Shown: positions 1 to 11,043 of the stretch, one piece after another | Layout: every line of letters begins with the position of its first letter | How positions within the stretch are numbered: the first letter of the stretch is position 1 | NCBI GenBank assembly: GCA_965644495.1 | Contig: CBFFSA010000003.1 | Coordinates: 930,001 to 994,000 of the forward strand | Length of the DNA stretch: 64,000 nt | Source: Perkinsela sp. CCAP 1560/9 | Lineage: Eukaryota; Protista; Euglenozoa: Kinetoplastea | Direction: 5' to 3' | Made by a program: the position numbers and the translations under genes | The notes under the pieces: model-generated | Told to the model about the DNA's origin: nothing | Databases searched by the model: none | The model's input: the letters and a program-made list of their open reading frames with translations, nothing else

Positions 1-399
1 GTAGCTCGCTATTTTACCGGGGGGCACAATAAGTGGAAACGCTTGGTTTTACTGTACCCCCCCCCTGCGCAAAAGAGGGCGGCGCGAAGCGGCGCCAATT
101 TTTTTTGGGGGGCCTTTATACAGATTTTATTTTTAAAATTGTTTACAATTTTACCATTTCCACTAGCGAAGACATGAAAATAGAAAAGCCCCGGCGCCGC
201 GAAGCGGCGCGAAATTTGTTTTTGCACTATTTTGATTCTTTTTCGGAATTTTTATTGTACCTGTAGCTAGTTATTGTACCGGGGGGGTACATTAACCCGG
301 ACGGGGCTTTAGAAGAAAAGTTATTCATACAGGGCAATACCTGTAGAGATTTCCAGACAATGCGTGTCTCACAATGTCGTTTTTGACCGAAACTACTGG

Positions 400-770
400 T
401 CCCCCCTTCCCATGCCATGCACTCTCGTCGCGTGATAAAACTGCCGCGCACGGCCTTTTGAATCATTTGTATGTTCTAGAAAGGCAAATGCAAGAAAATT
501 GTCGCCGCTGTACCGCGAAAATAGTGTGCGACAAGATGTATTAGGCAACCCGTGTGCACCAATTTCAAAAATCAGAAGTTGGCACCTCGGGTTAGTTAGC
601 CTCCTTCTGTGTACCAGTTCGTTGTACTTGTTCCTCATCCGTTCATGTTCCCCGTCCATAGATTCCTCCCAGGGTGCCTTTAGTTCAATGATATATTCGC
701 TACCGCCCTGGAGGGTGACTTTTCCACCGGGGCGTAGCAAGGTTTCCGTGAACCACCAGCCGGCGCCCGC
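400..770 (-). pseudogene. Relic of the C-terminal restriction-like endonuclease (RLE) domain of a non-LTR retrotransposon
   Basis: ORF 393..833 reads LRPG(D)...YIIELKAPWEE...HERMRNKYNEL...FEIGAHG, matching the RLE pattern RPD..IIELxVPWE..ERKxxKYxxL..ExGxxG. It continues after a frameshift as MIQKAVRGSFI (ORF 227..466). The catalytic PD is mutated to PG. Confidence 0.75.
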
Positions 771-924
771 ACATTGATAACGCATACTAAGCGGTACATT
801 GATAATGCTTATTAAGCGGCACTTTGATAGCACATTGATAGCTCATACGTGTTTTTATTTGACCAGAATTTGATTTGACCTTCAGAATGTCAGTTTCCCA
901 ACGTAAAACCAAATATAAAAAAAA

Positions 925-962
925 AACTTTAACGATAAAGATACAGTTTCTGTACCTTGTTG
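925..962 (+). other. Spliced-leader (mini-exon)-like sequence, not followed by a GT splice donor
   Basis: AACTTTAACGATAAAGATACAGTTTCTGTACCTTGTTG starts with AACT, contains the kinetoplastid SL core GATACAGTTTCTGTAC and ends in TTG exactly 7 nt later, as in trypanosomatid SL exons. Confidence 0.8.
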
Positions 963-2420
963 AATTATTTCCTTTTTCTTCCCTACACCATCTTCCAGAC
1001 CATAGGAGGGCACCCCCCTCAAATACACACTTTCTTGTCGGCATCCCCCCTCCCTCTCTCGTCCCATCATCCCCCTGCGCCGTATCCCCCCACCTCGACC
1101 TTCCGTGTAAGCGCGCTTGTCGTTCTGTTGTTTTCCTCTCTTGCGTCCCCCACCCCCGTGCCAGCAGCCCAAAGTATTGTATACTTGCTCACGGGGTGGG
1201 GGCAGAGGTCCAGACCGATGGGCTCGGGCGCCGTTTCTCCTTGTCCCCGCGTCCGTCCCGCCATGTCCCTCTTCCCGCTTTTTGCCCTCGGCGTGACGGC
1301 GGCTATGCGTTTCGTCTCCTTCAAGTCTCCCACCCTCGTACAGCAACTCAAAGTATCTTATACTGCTAACGGGGTGGGAGCGGAGGTCCTGGACCACATG
1401 GGCCACAGTGCGGGCGAGCCGGTCAGTAGGGACGCGTCAGTCGGTAGGGGGTAAGTGGGGGAAGGGAAGTGAGTGCGGTGAGGGGAAGGAAGTAGGGGAA
1501 GGAAGGAAGTAGGGTGAAAGGTTTTAAGTGGTGGAAAGTTCGAAACGTAGATATAAACATTAGAATCAATACTACTCCCCCCCCCAAAAAAAAACCAAAC
1601 GCCTAGACAGCGACGGGAAACAGCGAGCACCGGTGAAATTATTAGAGGGAAAGCACAAAGGTGAAATTATTAACCGGTTGTAATGTAAACAAGATCTAGG
1701 TTCATTGGCCCGGCCGGCCCCTCCATGCGTTCGGCCTCTCATTTCCCCCAAAACAACTACCACCCTTCCCCGGGGGAAGGGTTCAAATGGGGGAAGTTCC
1801 CCCATTTATCAGGGGTCGCTCGCGCGACCCCCGCTAAATAGGGGGGGGGAGGTGGTATTTGTGGGGTATGGAGGCCTCTCGCAACACCGGGACCTCGCCG
1901 GGAGCAGAGATGAGTGTTCACCATTTCTTGAAAACACCTTTATTTTCCAAATAACGCATCATCAAAGTGCTGTACGCATTATCAATGTGCTATGTGAATT
2001 GACAAATGACATCGGTAGCGAAGCAAGGGTCGATGACGGAGGGGAAGAGAGTGAAGGAACTGTTCTTGAGCAAAGATTTTTTTCATGAAGCTAACACTAA
2101 TAATAAACTATTATTAATAATATTTATTTTTTGTTTATATTTATTAACACTAATAAACAAGAAAGTGCTTAAAGTAAAAAATATAAAAAAATGTGTATAC
2201 CTAAATGCTAGTTGCTAATGTAACTGATGCATAGGATACTATAATATTATTTCGAGTTCGTTAAACGCCCATAGCAGAACATGCCTGGAGAAGCACTCCG
2301 AGGACTTACACGACACCGAGTAAAAACCACAGAAAAACCCAGTTCCGTGGTAAAAAATAATATTACAATATGAACCGTTGCTGTGGACGGAAATAAAGCT
2401 CGGGAGGTGAGGTTCGCTAC

Positions 2421-3057
2421 AAAAATCACTTTTTGTATTAAAGATCACTTTTTGTATTAAAGATCACTTTTTGTATTAAAGATCACTTTTTGTATTAAAG
2501 ATCACTTTTTGTATTAAAGATCACTTTTTGTATTAAAGATCACTTTTTGTATTAAAGATCACTTTTTGTATTAAAGATCACTTTTTGTATTAAAGATCAC
2601 TTTTTGTATTAAAGATCACTTTTTGTATTAAAGATCACTTTTTGTATTAAAGATCACTTTTTGTATTAAAGATCACTTTTTGTATTAAAGATCACTTTTT
2701 GTATTAAAGATCACTTTTTGTATTAAAGATCACTTTTTGTATTAAAGATCACTTTTTGTATTAAAGATCACTTTTTGTATTAAAGATCACTTTTTGTATT
2801 AAAGATCACTTTTTGTATTAAAGATCACTTTTTGTATTAAAGATCACTTTTTGTATTAAAGATCACTTTTTGTATTAAAGATCACTTTTTGTATTAAGAT
2901 CACTTTTTGTATTAAGATCACTTTTTGTATTAAGATCACTTTTTGTATTAAGATCACTTTTTGTATTAAGATCACTTTTTGTATTAAGATCACTTTTTGT
3001 ATTAAGATCACTTTTTGTATTAAGATCACTTTTTGTATTAAGATCACTTTTTGTATT
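2421..3057. repeat. Near-perfect tandem array: 1 variant unit + 24 x 19-bp AAAGATCACTTTTTGTATT + 9 x 18-bp AAGATCACTTTTTGTATT
   Basis: Counted directly: 19-mers span 2440-2895 and 18-mers span 2896-3057. The array ends 16 bp before the retroelement ATG. Confidence 0.97.
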
Positions 3058-3073
3058 AATACGTTGATACAAA

Positions 3074-6000
3074 ATGGCGGCGGCCTCCGGACCGTTAGAT
3101 GGTTTGTTGGAAGTTCGTGACAAACTCCGAACGGCCAGGTGTGGTCGGGGCAACCTCTTTCTGCCTCCAAAGCAGAGGGGGGGTGTAACAAAACTCCGGC
3201 AGCGTGCCCTTTTGCAGATGTCGAAGGTTTTTGGAGTTGGAAAACGTGTGGCTGTTGTTTGGCGCATGGCCTACCGCGAACGCATTACACTTTGGGAAGG
3301 GGTTGTTCATTCTTCGCTTGGCGGGTCTAATTGGCTTGTTAAGTACGACTTGATGAATGGACGGCTCCTCCCGTTTCCACCGAGAGATGAACGTGTCCAT
3401 GTGCTGGGAGGCAGGGTTGGAATACTCCCAAAATCATTACACGGACGCAATCGGAAGCGCAAAACCTGTTTTCGGCGTGGCGCCCGAGAGCAGAGACCCA
3501 AGATTCAAGCTATGAGAGGGGGGTTTGTGGTGAGCACCCTAAATGTGGACACATTGAAATGCAAGTCCGCGGACGCATTTGCTCTACGTCGCAGTTATCG
3601 TCTATACCAGGCCGTGGCATTCATGCGGAGTTACGGTGTTACCATAATGACCCTGCAGGAAACGCGTTTGTCGTTTGAAAGCGAAGAGCCTATTATCCAC
3701 CGTCGGCTCTATCTGGGTGGCATGAATATTCATCTATATTTTATGAGTGCCGTTAAGGGGTATAACGGGATGGCGATTTTAAGTCTTTTACCAATGAATG
3801 TTGACAAAATCAATGATCGTATAATGAAGGGTACAATGAAAGTTGGAGATATTAATGCAAGCGTATTCAACGTTTATTCTCCTACAGCAGGAGCAAAGAA
3901 AACTACGCAATCTGAGTTTGATGAAGAACTCTTCGACGCATGGCATGACTCCGAAAGCTCGCTGAAAATCATCTGTGGGGATATGAACTCTCCCCTGCAA
4001 ACATCTATGGGGAAAAAGTGTTCTTCTAAACGTACACGAGAATTTAAGAAGTTTCTACTATCAATTGGAGCGAAATCCGCACATGAATGTTGCAGTGCGG
4101 AGAGAAAATGGACGTATCGGTTTCCCCCTACTCCGAAGCATCCACTTGGACTCACGAAGCAGCTGGATCATATTATTACAAACAATCGCTTTTGTTCTGC
4201 CATTCGTTCTCAGAAGGTGCTCCTGGCACCAATAGCTACGCGACATTGTGTTGTTATTACAGGGCTAAAAATACGATGGAAAGCCAAAAGTAATGCGGGA
4301 AACCGAAAACCGTTTTGGGGATCTCTTCGAAATGAGGGCATAAAAGATGCCTTCATCAAAAATGTGGAGGTGGCAATGGATGGGGGAAACAAGAGATCGA
4401 GAGATGATGAGATTGGACCATTACTGTGGGATAAATTATCTACGGCTGTGAAGGAAGCTTCCGGAAAACTACCTCTACGCGTTACTGATAACAATATAAA
4501 TAGAGCTGCGAATGATACGTCTGATCCCGGGAGTTTTGACATGAAAACTATATTAAGGGTGTCCAGGAATCAGCGCAAATTTGATACTTTTGCGAAAGCA
4601 CATGCAGAACAGATCAATAAAAGCATAACGGAGTAATGTAAAGTCCTAGAAGAAGATTTATACAAACGCCCAAAGAGCGCATATCGCACCATACGTAACA
4701 TTGTAGGAGACAATCGTAAGGAATTTTCTTTGTTTGGAGATACTGCTCAGGATAGCCTTTCTACTGTAAAGAATCATTTCCAGGCAATTGGACAGCAAGA
4801 GCTGACAAAAGTAGAAAATTTGAATTTTCCCCTATCGACAAAGAGCATGATTGGGATAAATGATAAAGAGTTTAACCTCCATGAGCTGCGCAAAGCTCTG
4901 CAGAAGGTAAAGGCCGGAAGGGCGGCTGGTTCCGACGACATCCCAGTCGAAGCTCTACGATCTTTGAACTCGCATGACGGATTGATGGGGACGTTACTTC
5001 AAATAATAAATGATGTCCGAGAAACGGAGGCTGTTTCAGATAAATGGAAAACGATACTTCAAGTTCCGCTTCCAAAAAAGGGAAATTTGGGTATTCTATC
5101 TAACTGGCGGCCGGTGTGCATTGTTAATCACGTGGTAAAGATAATGAATCGGATGGTACTCGACCGAATCCAACCAGCGGTAGAAAACATGCTTAGGCCG
5201 AATCAGTTCGGTTTTCGTCCACATAGGTCTACTGCTGGTGCTCAAGCTACTTTCTTGGAAATCACCGCCAAGGCCTTGAGGGGTGAAGGAGTTGCGGTGT
5301 CATTTGTGGATTTTAAACGAGCTTTCCCATCAGTTTCTTTTTCTGCCATACGTGAAGCACTTCATTCTTTCAATATACCAGAAAACCTTTCGAAAGTGAT
5401 TATGAGTATGTATGACGGTCTAACATCATTCGTAAGGACACCGTACGGAAACACGGAATCTTTTTCAATTAGCAATGGTACTCTGCAAGGAGACGTTCTC
5501 GCACCCTATCTGTTTATCATGGTACTCGATCGGATATTGGCAGAAGCGCTCGATGCTAAAGGGTCTGGTTTAATAACATATTCTACAGGATCGAAAAGCC
5601 GTGGTGAGAAACATTTGCGTATCTCGGATATCGACTACGCCGATGATATAGTCTTATTTGCCTCATCTAAAGTAGAACTCGCTGACATGTTAGAGAGTCT
5701 TTACCGAGCTGCTCGGAAGGCAAACCTCGGTATTAACTTGGGGGTCAATAAAACTGCTTGGATGACTATGGGAAAGGTTTCTGATAGCGGGGGCGAACTT
5801 ATAATACCGGGTATAGGGCATATCCCCAGAGTTTACAAATAGGAAGCACGCAGGAAAGCGAGGATCGAAATGTTGCACCCAACGAACGAATGAGACTTGG
5901 GTGGGCATTGATGCATAAACTTAGGCCGATCTGGAAATCACCTTTGCCAATCTCGAGCCGTATGACAGTATTCCGTACACTTGTGATGCCAGTAGTGCAA

Positions 6001-7355
6001 TATAATTCAGGAGCATGGGGTATATCAACCAATAGGCTCCGGGAATTAGATATTGAGGTAAACAAAATGCGCAGAATGGTGTGTGGTGTAGGCCGTACTT
6101 GGGATGGGAAAAGGGGTATTCGAACAGAAGCTCTGTATCAAAATGATTCAAAGCTTAGCACGGTGGCGAAAATACAGAGAGCGCAGCTTATAGGCCATCT
6201 TCTTCGACACGATTCTCCTTTCAGTGTGGCGATTCTCTGGCGAGAACGTGAACGAAAGACGCAAACCTGTCTGTCTGAATCTTGTTCCGATGATCTAAGC
6301 TTGTCTGTTCCCGATGTTATTCAAATTTCTAAAGACAGAACACGCTGGCGCTCTAATGTTGATCGTTGAAAGGCGCGCCTTGAGCCACGTCCGAATTATC
6401 TTCCTATAGAATCTCCAAGATGGGAAAAAACCAAACAGGATTCAATGAAGCAAAAAGTCTACTCGTCATTACAATTCGTAGAAGAAGATGCGGTGCCTTT
6501 TCACTTCCTTACGGATTCCTTGCATTTATACACAGACGGCGCATTAAGAACAACGAAAACAGGAATTTCATCAGGTTGCGGTATTGTGTTATTTGGCAAT
6601 CGGGTAGAAAAGACACTTGTAGGACTAAAACCTCCGTCAGAAATATCACTCACAATAACAGCTGCGGAACTTTATGCTGTCTATGAGGCTCTGCAGATGG
6701 CAATGAAGCATGAGAAGGATATTATCATTCACACAGACTCTGCGTATGTATGGGAATTTTTCCATGTGATTCGGAACAGGTTTTCTCTATTCGGGTTTCA
6801 CCAATTTGAAAATTCGGACCTCTTATCAAAGATACATCGTGTCTTCTTTCAATTAGAAGCGGACCGACGCGTGTTCATCATCAAGGTTAGGGGGCATGAA
6901 GGGAACCCACATAATGACACATCGGACTGGCTTGCGAAAAGAGCTTCTCAACAGTCTGACGAAAACGCCTCCTTTTGTTTCCGTGGTTTGGAAGAAAAAT
7001 CCTGCTCCAAAAGACGAAACATGACCCCACTGAACACAGACAAAAAGTTTTAACGACAAAATCGTTACAAAAACGGACTTTGGCAGTTTTTGCATTTACA
7101 CAGGTGAGGGCTGAAGAGGAAACACCCCATCCCCCCAAATCTGAGGCTCTTTCTCAAAATGAAGTTGTTAGTAGAACCCATTCATCAAAAACATTGAAAC
7201 GCATCCGTTCGAAAGGAAAATCGACCAAAACCAATGAAAAAGTTGGTACAAAACTGCGCAAGAGTGACACATGCGTCAAGAATGAGATCCCAGTTTGCAT
7301 ATCAGTACTTACGGGAAGAACCCCTCAGAGGAAACGCTCGCTTAGAGAGAGATGA
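3074..7355 (+). mobile_element. Non-LTR retrotransposon copy 1 (APE endonuclease - RT - RNase H), near full length but inactivated
   Basis: APE motifs: TLNV, LQETR, VYSPT, GDMNS, LDHII. RT motifs: QFGFR, VDFKRAFPSV, LQGDVLAPYLF, YADD. RNase H motifs: YTDG, AAEL, HTDS, GHEGN, DWLAK. In-frame stops at 4634 and 6367; a small deletion/frameshift near 5840 removes YRYL. The 3' end is approximate. Confidence 0.95.
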
Positions 7356-7980
7356 GAGCAAGATGCAAAAATCTACAAGGAGATCTCATTGAGCAAATGA
7401 GGAAAGCAAAACCATGCTAAGGGAAGTCGTTAAATACACTATGCCATTAGTATTAATATACGTTTTATGAAGAAGAGAGATAGGATATTGATTTTGTCAA
7501 TAAGGTTTGGATTTATTAACCTTTATCGCTCTTTGCCCTAGGCAAAAACAGGAATATAGAGCCAACAGATAAGGAAGTCAAATGGTTATGAGAGCAAAGC
7601 GCCGGAAGCCGCATTCGCACCTAACGGGTTATTTACCAAAGAAAGTAATGAGGAAGTATGTATTTCATGGTCGTAGAAGATGCTTCTACGCGTAAATGCC
7701 AAGTGAGCTTGTACGTAGGTGGGTTCTATTTTATGGTGTAAATTACAGACCCTTTAACTGATATTCAAATATCAGTGTCTTTGTTTTTGTTGTTGTAATT
7801 ATGGGAGCAGCATCGATCTATGAGGTTTCGCTCGTGGTCAAACAGTTTTCGTCTTGGTTTTTGGTTTCCGTGTCAGATGTTTTGGACCCAGGTTTGGCTT
7901 TTTCTACCCAAGGGTGCTCCGTTGCAGGTCGCTGGATATAAAGAGTTCCAACTGGGGAGACCCGTTCATAAATTTATTTC

Positions 7981-8035
7981 ACGCCCCTGCTTGTCAGTTC
8001 CCCGGTTTTGAGAGAAAGGAACTCATAAGCGTACC
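7981..8035 (+). mobile_element. Solo end of the TIR element family seen at 15619-19462
   Basis: CCCCTGCTTGTCAGTTCCCCGGTTTTGAGAGAAAGGAACTCATAAGCGTAC matches 15627-15676. Confidence 0.7.
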
Positions 8036-8445
8036 AGGCCACGCGGTTTACCGGGAAATGATGGCAAAAAACAGGGCTAGAGAACCCTAAAATGTACACT
8101 GGTTATGGGTTAAGCGGCTGGCACCGAGACAATGATCTTCCATCCGTGAAGTACGCCGAGGGAGGCCCAGAACCATTCCCAAGTGACAACAACGTTATAT
8201 ACCTTTATGATCACGTGGCCGCGGAGTTGGGTTTTTTCGCCTACTTTAAACTGGGTAATGAGAGCTCAGGTTTCAGGTAACTGAGTTTCGTTTTGCTCGG
8301 AGGCGGAGTGACAAGAACTCAATGTTTGAAGAAGAAGAAGAAGAGGACAATGTTTGAAGCGTGTCGTGCTCAAGAAGAAGAAGAAGAAGACAGAAAACAC
8401 GGAGCCAACCGTTAGGGTACAGTCTCAGGCCACCCCTTCCCAGAA

Positions 8446-8569
8446 GGTACTCGACGCCTTGCGACCCGAGCACGGCTACATCCCGTAGCTAACATGACGG
8501 GATCCAACCCCGTTGCATCGTGTAGGCTGTGTCTCAAGCCTCCTTTGCGTAAGCAGCACGAAATTTAGG
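8446..8569 (-). repeat. Second copy of the structured 3' domain of the SINE-like element at 14601-14947
   Basis: The reverse complement shares TACGCAAAGGAGGCTTGAGACACAGCCTACACGATGCAACGGGG and CCGTGCTCGGGYCGCAAGGCGTCGAGT with 14811-14935. Confidence 0.9.
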
Positions 8570-8767
8570 TTCCGATCCAAAGATAGGATATACATATTTT
8601 ATTTACATGTTGACATTCCATGTGGGAACGAGCCTGGCACCACATTCGTGATTTTATTCCGGTTCGTTTTAGCCCTGATGGGGGAAAACATACCGTTCCG
8701 CGCCAAAATGCACTACCCCGAGGACCTTTGTGACTACGACGATTATTATTATTATTATTATACTTTA

Positions 8768-9003
8768 CCTTGAGGTCCTTCGGGGCTGAAGGTTGGCACT
8801 TCACTTCGATGTTCTTCGGAACTGACGGTTGGTGGTTATACTTTGCCTCGAGGTCCTTCGGGACTGACGGTTGGTGGTTCACTTTGCCTCGAGGTCCTTC
8901 GGGACTGACGGTTGGCACTTCACCTCGAGGTTCTTCGGAACTGACGGTTGGTGGTTATACTTTGCCTCGAGATCCATCGGGACTGACTGTTGGCACATCA
9001 CTT
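8768..9003. repeat. Tandem repeat of 6 units (36-42 bp), each with a GTCC-TTCG-GGAC-type hairpin
   Basis: Loop positions are 8779, 8815, 8857, 8898, 8934 and 8976. Confidence 0.9.
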
Positions 9004-9444
9004 AGAATCATCATTAAGGGTAGATTTCTTGTAGTCGTAAATTTAATGATTATTGTAGGCAAAGACTGCTGATCATCACACTGTACCACTGCTGTTTGTG
9101 TTGTTTTCCAGTGTACTGGAAGTAAAGGAAACGAAGTGGATAGAAAAAATGAAATTGTCTGTGTGACGCACCTTATACGACTCGCGCAGGCGGGTCAGTT
9201 TTGCACTCCTTTTTTTTCGCGGATTTCTAATGCAATGCCTTTACGGCTACGCATCTGTGTGACGTATCTAATAAAAGATGCTTAACACATTACACACCCC
9301 TTAGAGTTTTGTTTTACGTTTCAAAACCTAGAATGATGACAAGAACGGGAGGAGGGAGTTGATCTGCGGTGCCAATGGGCATGCCTGTCACTGGGTTTGG
9401 TCCTGGTATAAAGGCCGTTCCTCGGTGAACCGTTCCGTCGTGTG

Positions 9445-9867
9445 GTGAGGTCTTTGAGACTTGCTTCGCGTTCCGGATTTTATGATCCGAGGCCCTTTAT
9501 GGCTCTGTTTCCACTACACTTGTAGTGAGAGGTCCTTTGGACTTGTTTAGTGTTCCGGATTTTATGATCCGAGGCCGTTTATGGTTCCATTTCCACTACA
9601 ATTGGTGTAGTGAGGTCCTTTGGACTTGTTTTGTGTTCCGGATTTTATGATCCGATGCCTTTTATGGCTCCATTTCCACTACAATTGGTGTAGTGAGGTC
9701 CTTTGGACTTGTTTTGCGTTCCGGATTTTATGATCCGATTCCTTTTATGGCTCTATTTCCACTACAATTGGTGTAGTGAGGTCCTTTGGACTTGTTTTGC
9801 GTTCCGGATTTTATGATCTTTTAGGCCTTTTATGGCTCTGTTTCCGCTACAATTGGTGTAGTGAGGT
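9445..9867. repeat. Tandem array of ~83-bp units (5 units plus a partial)
   Basis: GTGAG(A)GG recurs at 9445, 9525, 9610, 9693, 9776 and 9861. Confidence 0.93.
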
Positions 9868-10439
9868 TTGTACTTTGTCTGCGTGATGAGGAGATTTCGA
9901 CCGGAGTATCGGAGATTCAGATCCGATTTGATGTTGTTTTTTAATGTATTGTTTCAAGTCCTTTTTGAGGTGACGGAAGAAGAGGAGGATTGGTGGCACC
10001 ATCCATAGCTTGACTGATGTTTGTAGGATGAAGGTGCTCTGGAAATGTGTGAACATTTCCTACGATTGTCAGAGAGAGAAAAAGAAGCTTTTGTTTCGAA
10101 TTGTTACTTTTGAAAAAGTGAAGAAAAGAGGGTATAGAAATAAGGAAGTCTACTTTTCAAAATGTGATCGCCTCGCTGTTTGATCCAGCGCGCCGTCAAA
10201 CGTACCGCAGTTTAGAGCTTTTAGTAGCGGTGGTCTTTGTGAATGTTAGTGTGCTTTACGAACGGTAGGTGACTCGGGATATGACGTCCGAAACTGATCT
10301 TCGAACGATGTGAGCAAGCATGTGGTCCCGCTTTTGAGAGATAAGAAGAAGAAAGGAGAAAAAAGAAGAGCTATTCGGTGCCATGGCTTGCCAGGCGTAC
10401 TGGGCTTGGTCCCGGTTCCAAGATGCTTATGAAGTCTGT

Positions 10440-10520
10440 GATAATGGGGGTGTTGCTAATCTCTGGACAGTATGCTGCCCAGGGACACAGCAACTCCCCA
10501 TTATCTCGGCGTAGTAAACA
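10440..10520. repeat. Long hairpin whose 72-bp core is copied in inverted orientation at 11077-11148
   Basis: Stems: GATAATGGGG/CCCCATTATC, GTTGCT/AGCAAC and CTCTGGACAG/CTGCCCAGGG. The inverted copy has 2 mismatches, and a related ~40 bp occurs at 31518-31559. Confidence 0.85.
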
Positions 10521-11043
10521 CGCCTTGGCTTGCCTGGAACTGTAATCGCCGAGAGAAAAAAAAACGTGATCATGCCGCTCTAGGCAAATGCCCAGCTCTC
10601 GCGCATCTCGTGGCACGAGAAGGAGCAGGCTGAACAGAAGTCGGAAGATCCGGTGCGAAGTACGCACGAATGATTTGGATCTGTTGAAAGAATTTGTGTT
10701 GGGGGCCTCCCCGAGAAGATGTAAAGTCCCGTGAGGGGAAGCAAGATCTCGCCCTGGTCGCTTTTGCAAAAAAGAAAAAAAAATGGTTGGTAAATTACAT
10801 CCCGCCGTGGGGGACGAGTAAGCGAGTAAGTTGTAGGTTGTAAATATATTGCTAACGCCGCATTATTGGATGTATTACGCGGGTCGCGTTGATAGAAAAG
10901 AAAAAAAAACACACGGCTAATATTAGAAGTTTTCTTTAAGATGCAGGATTTTAGATCTTTATGATGTTCGCAGCCTTATGACAGATTGTTTGTGACATTT
11001 GTGATCCGTTATTCGAAATCTTTATGACCTATTGTTTAGAATG

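Noticed and set aside
925-1100. Functional SL RNA gene
   Set aside because: No GT donor after the exon, no recognisable Sm site or T-tract, and no tandem array.
2421-3057. CRISPR array or telomere
   Set aside because: Units are head-to-tail with no spacers and no cas genes; the array is internal and lacks TTAGGG-like G-rich repeats.
3000-3150. ingi/L1Tc Pr77 signature or HDV-like ribozyme at the LINE 5' end
   Set aside because: I could not fit the nested double-pseudoknot or the 77-nt signature by eye; a covariance search would be needed to exclude it fully.
2856-3267. ORFs with QKVILI / NTKSDL repeats
   Set aside because: By-products of the 18-bp array on the antisense strand.
9445-9867. 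Hammerhead ribozyme satellite
   Set aside because: No CUGANGA/GAAA core in the correct arrangement on either strand by eye.
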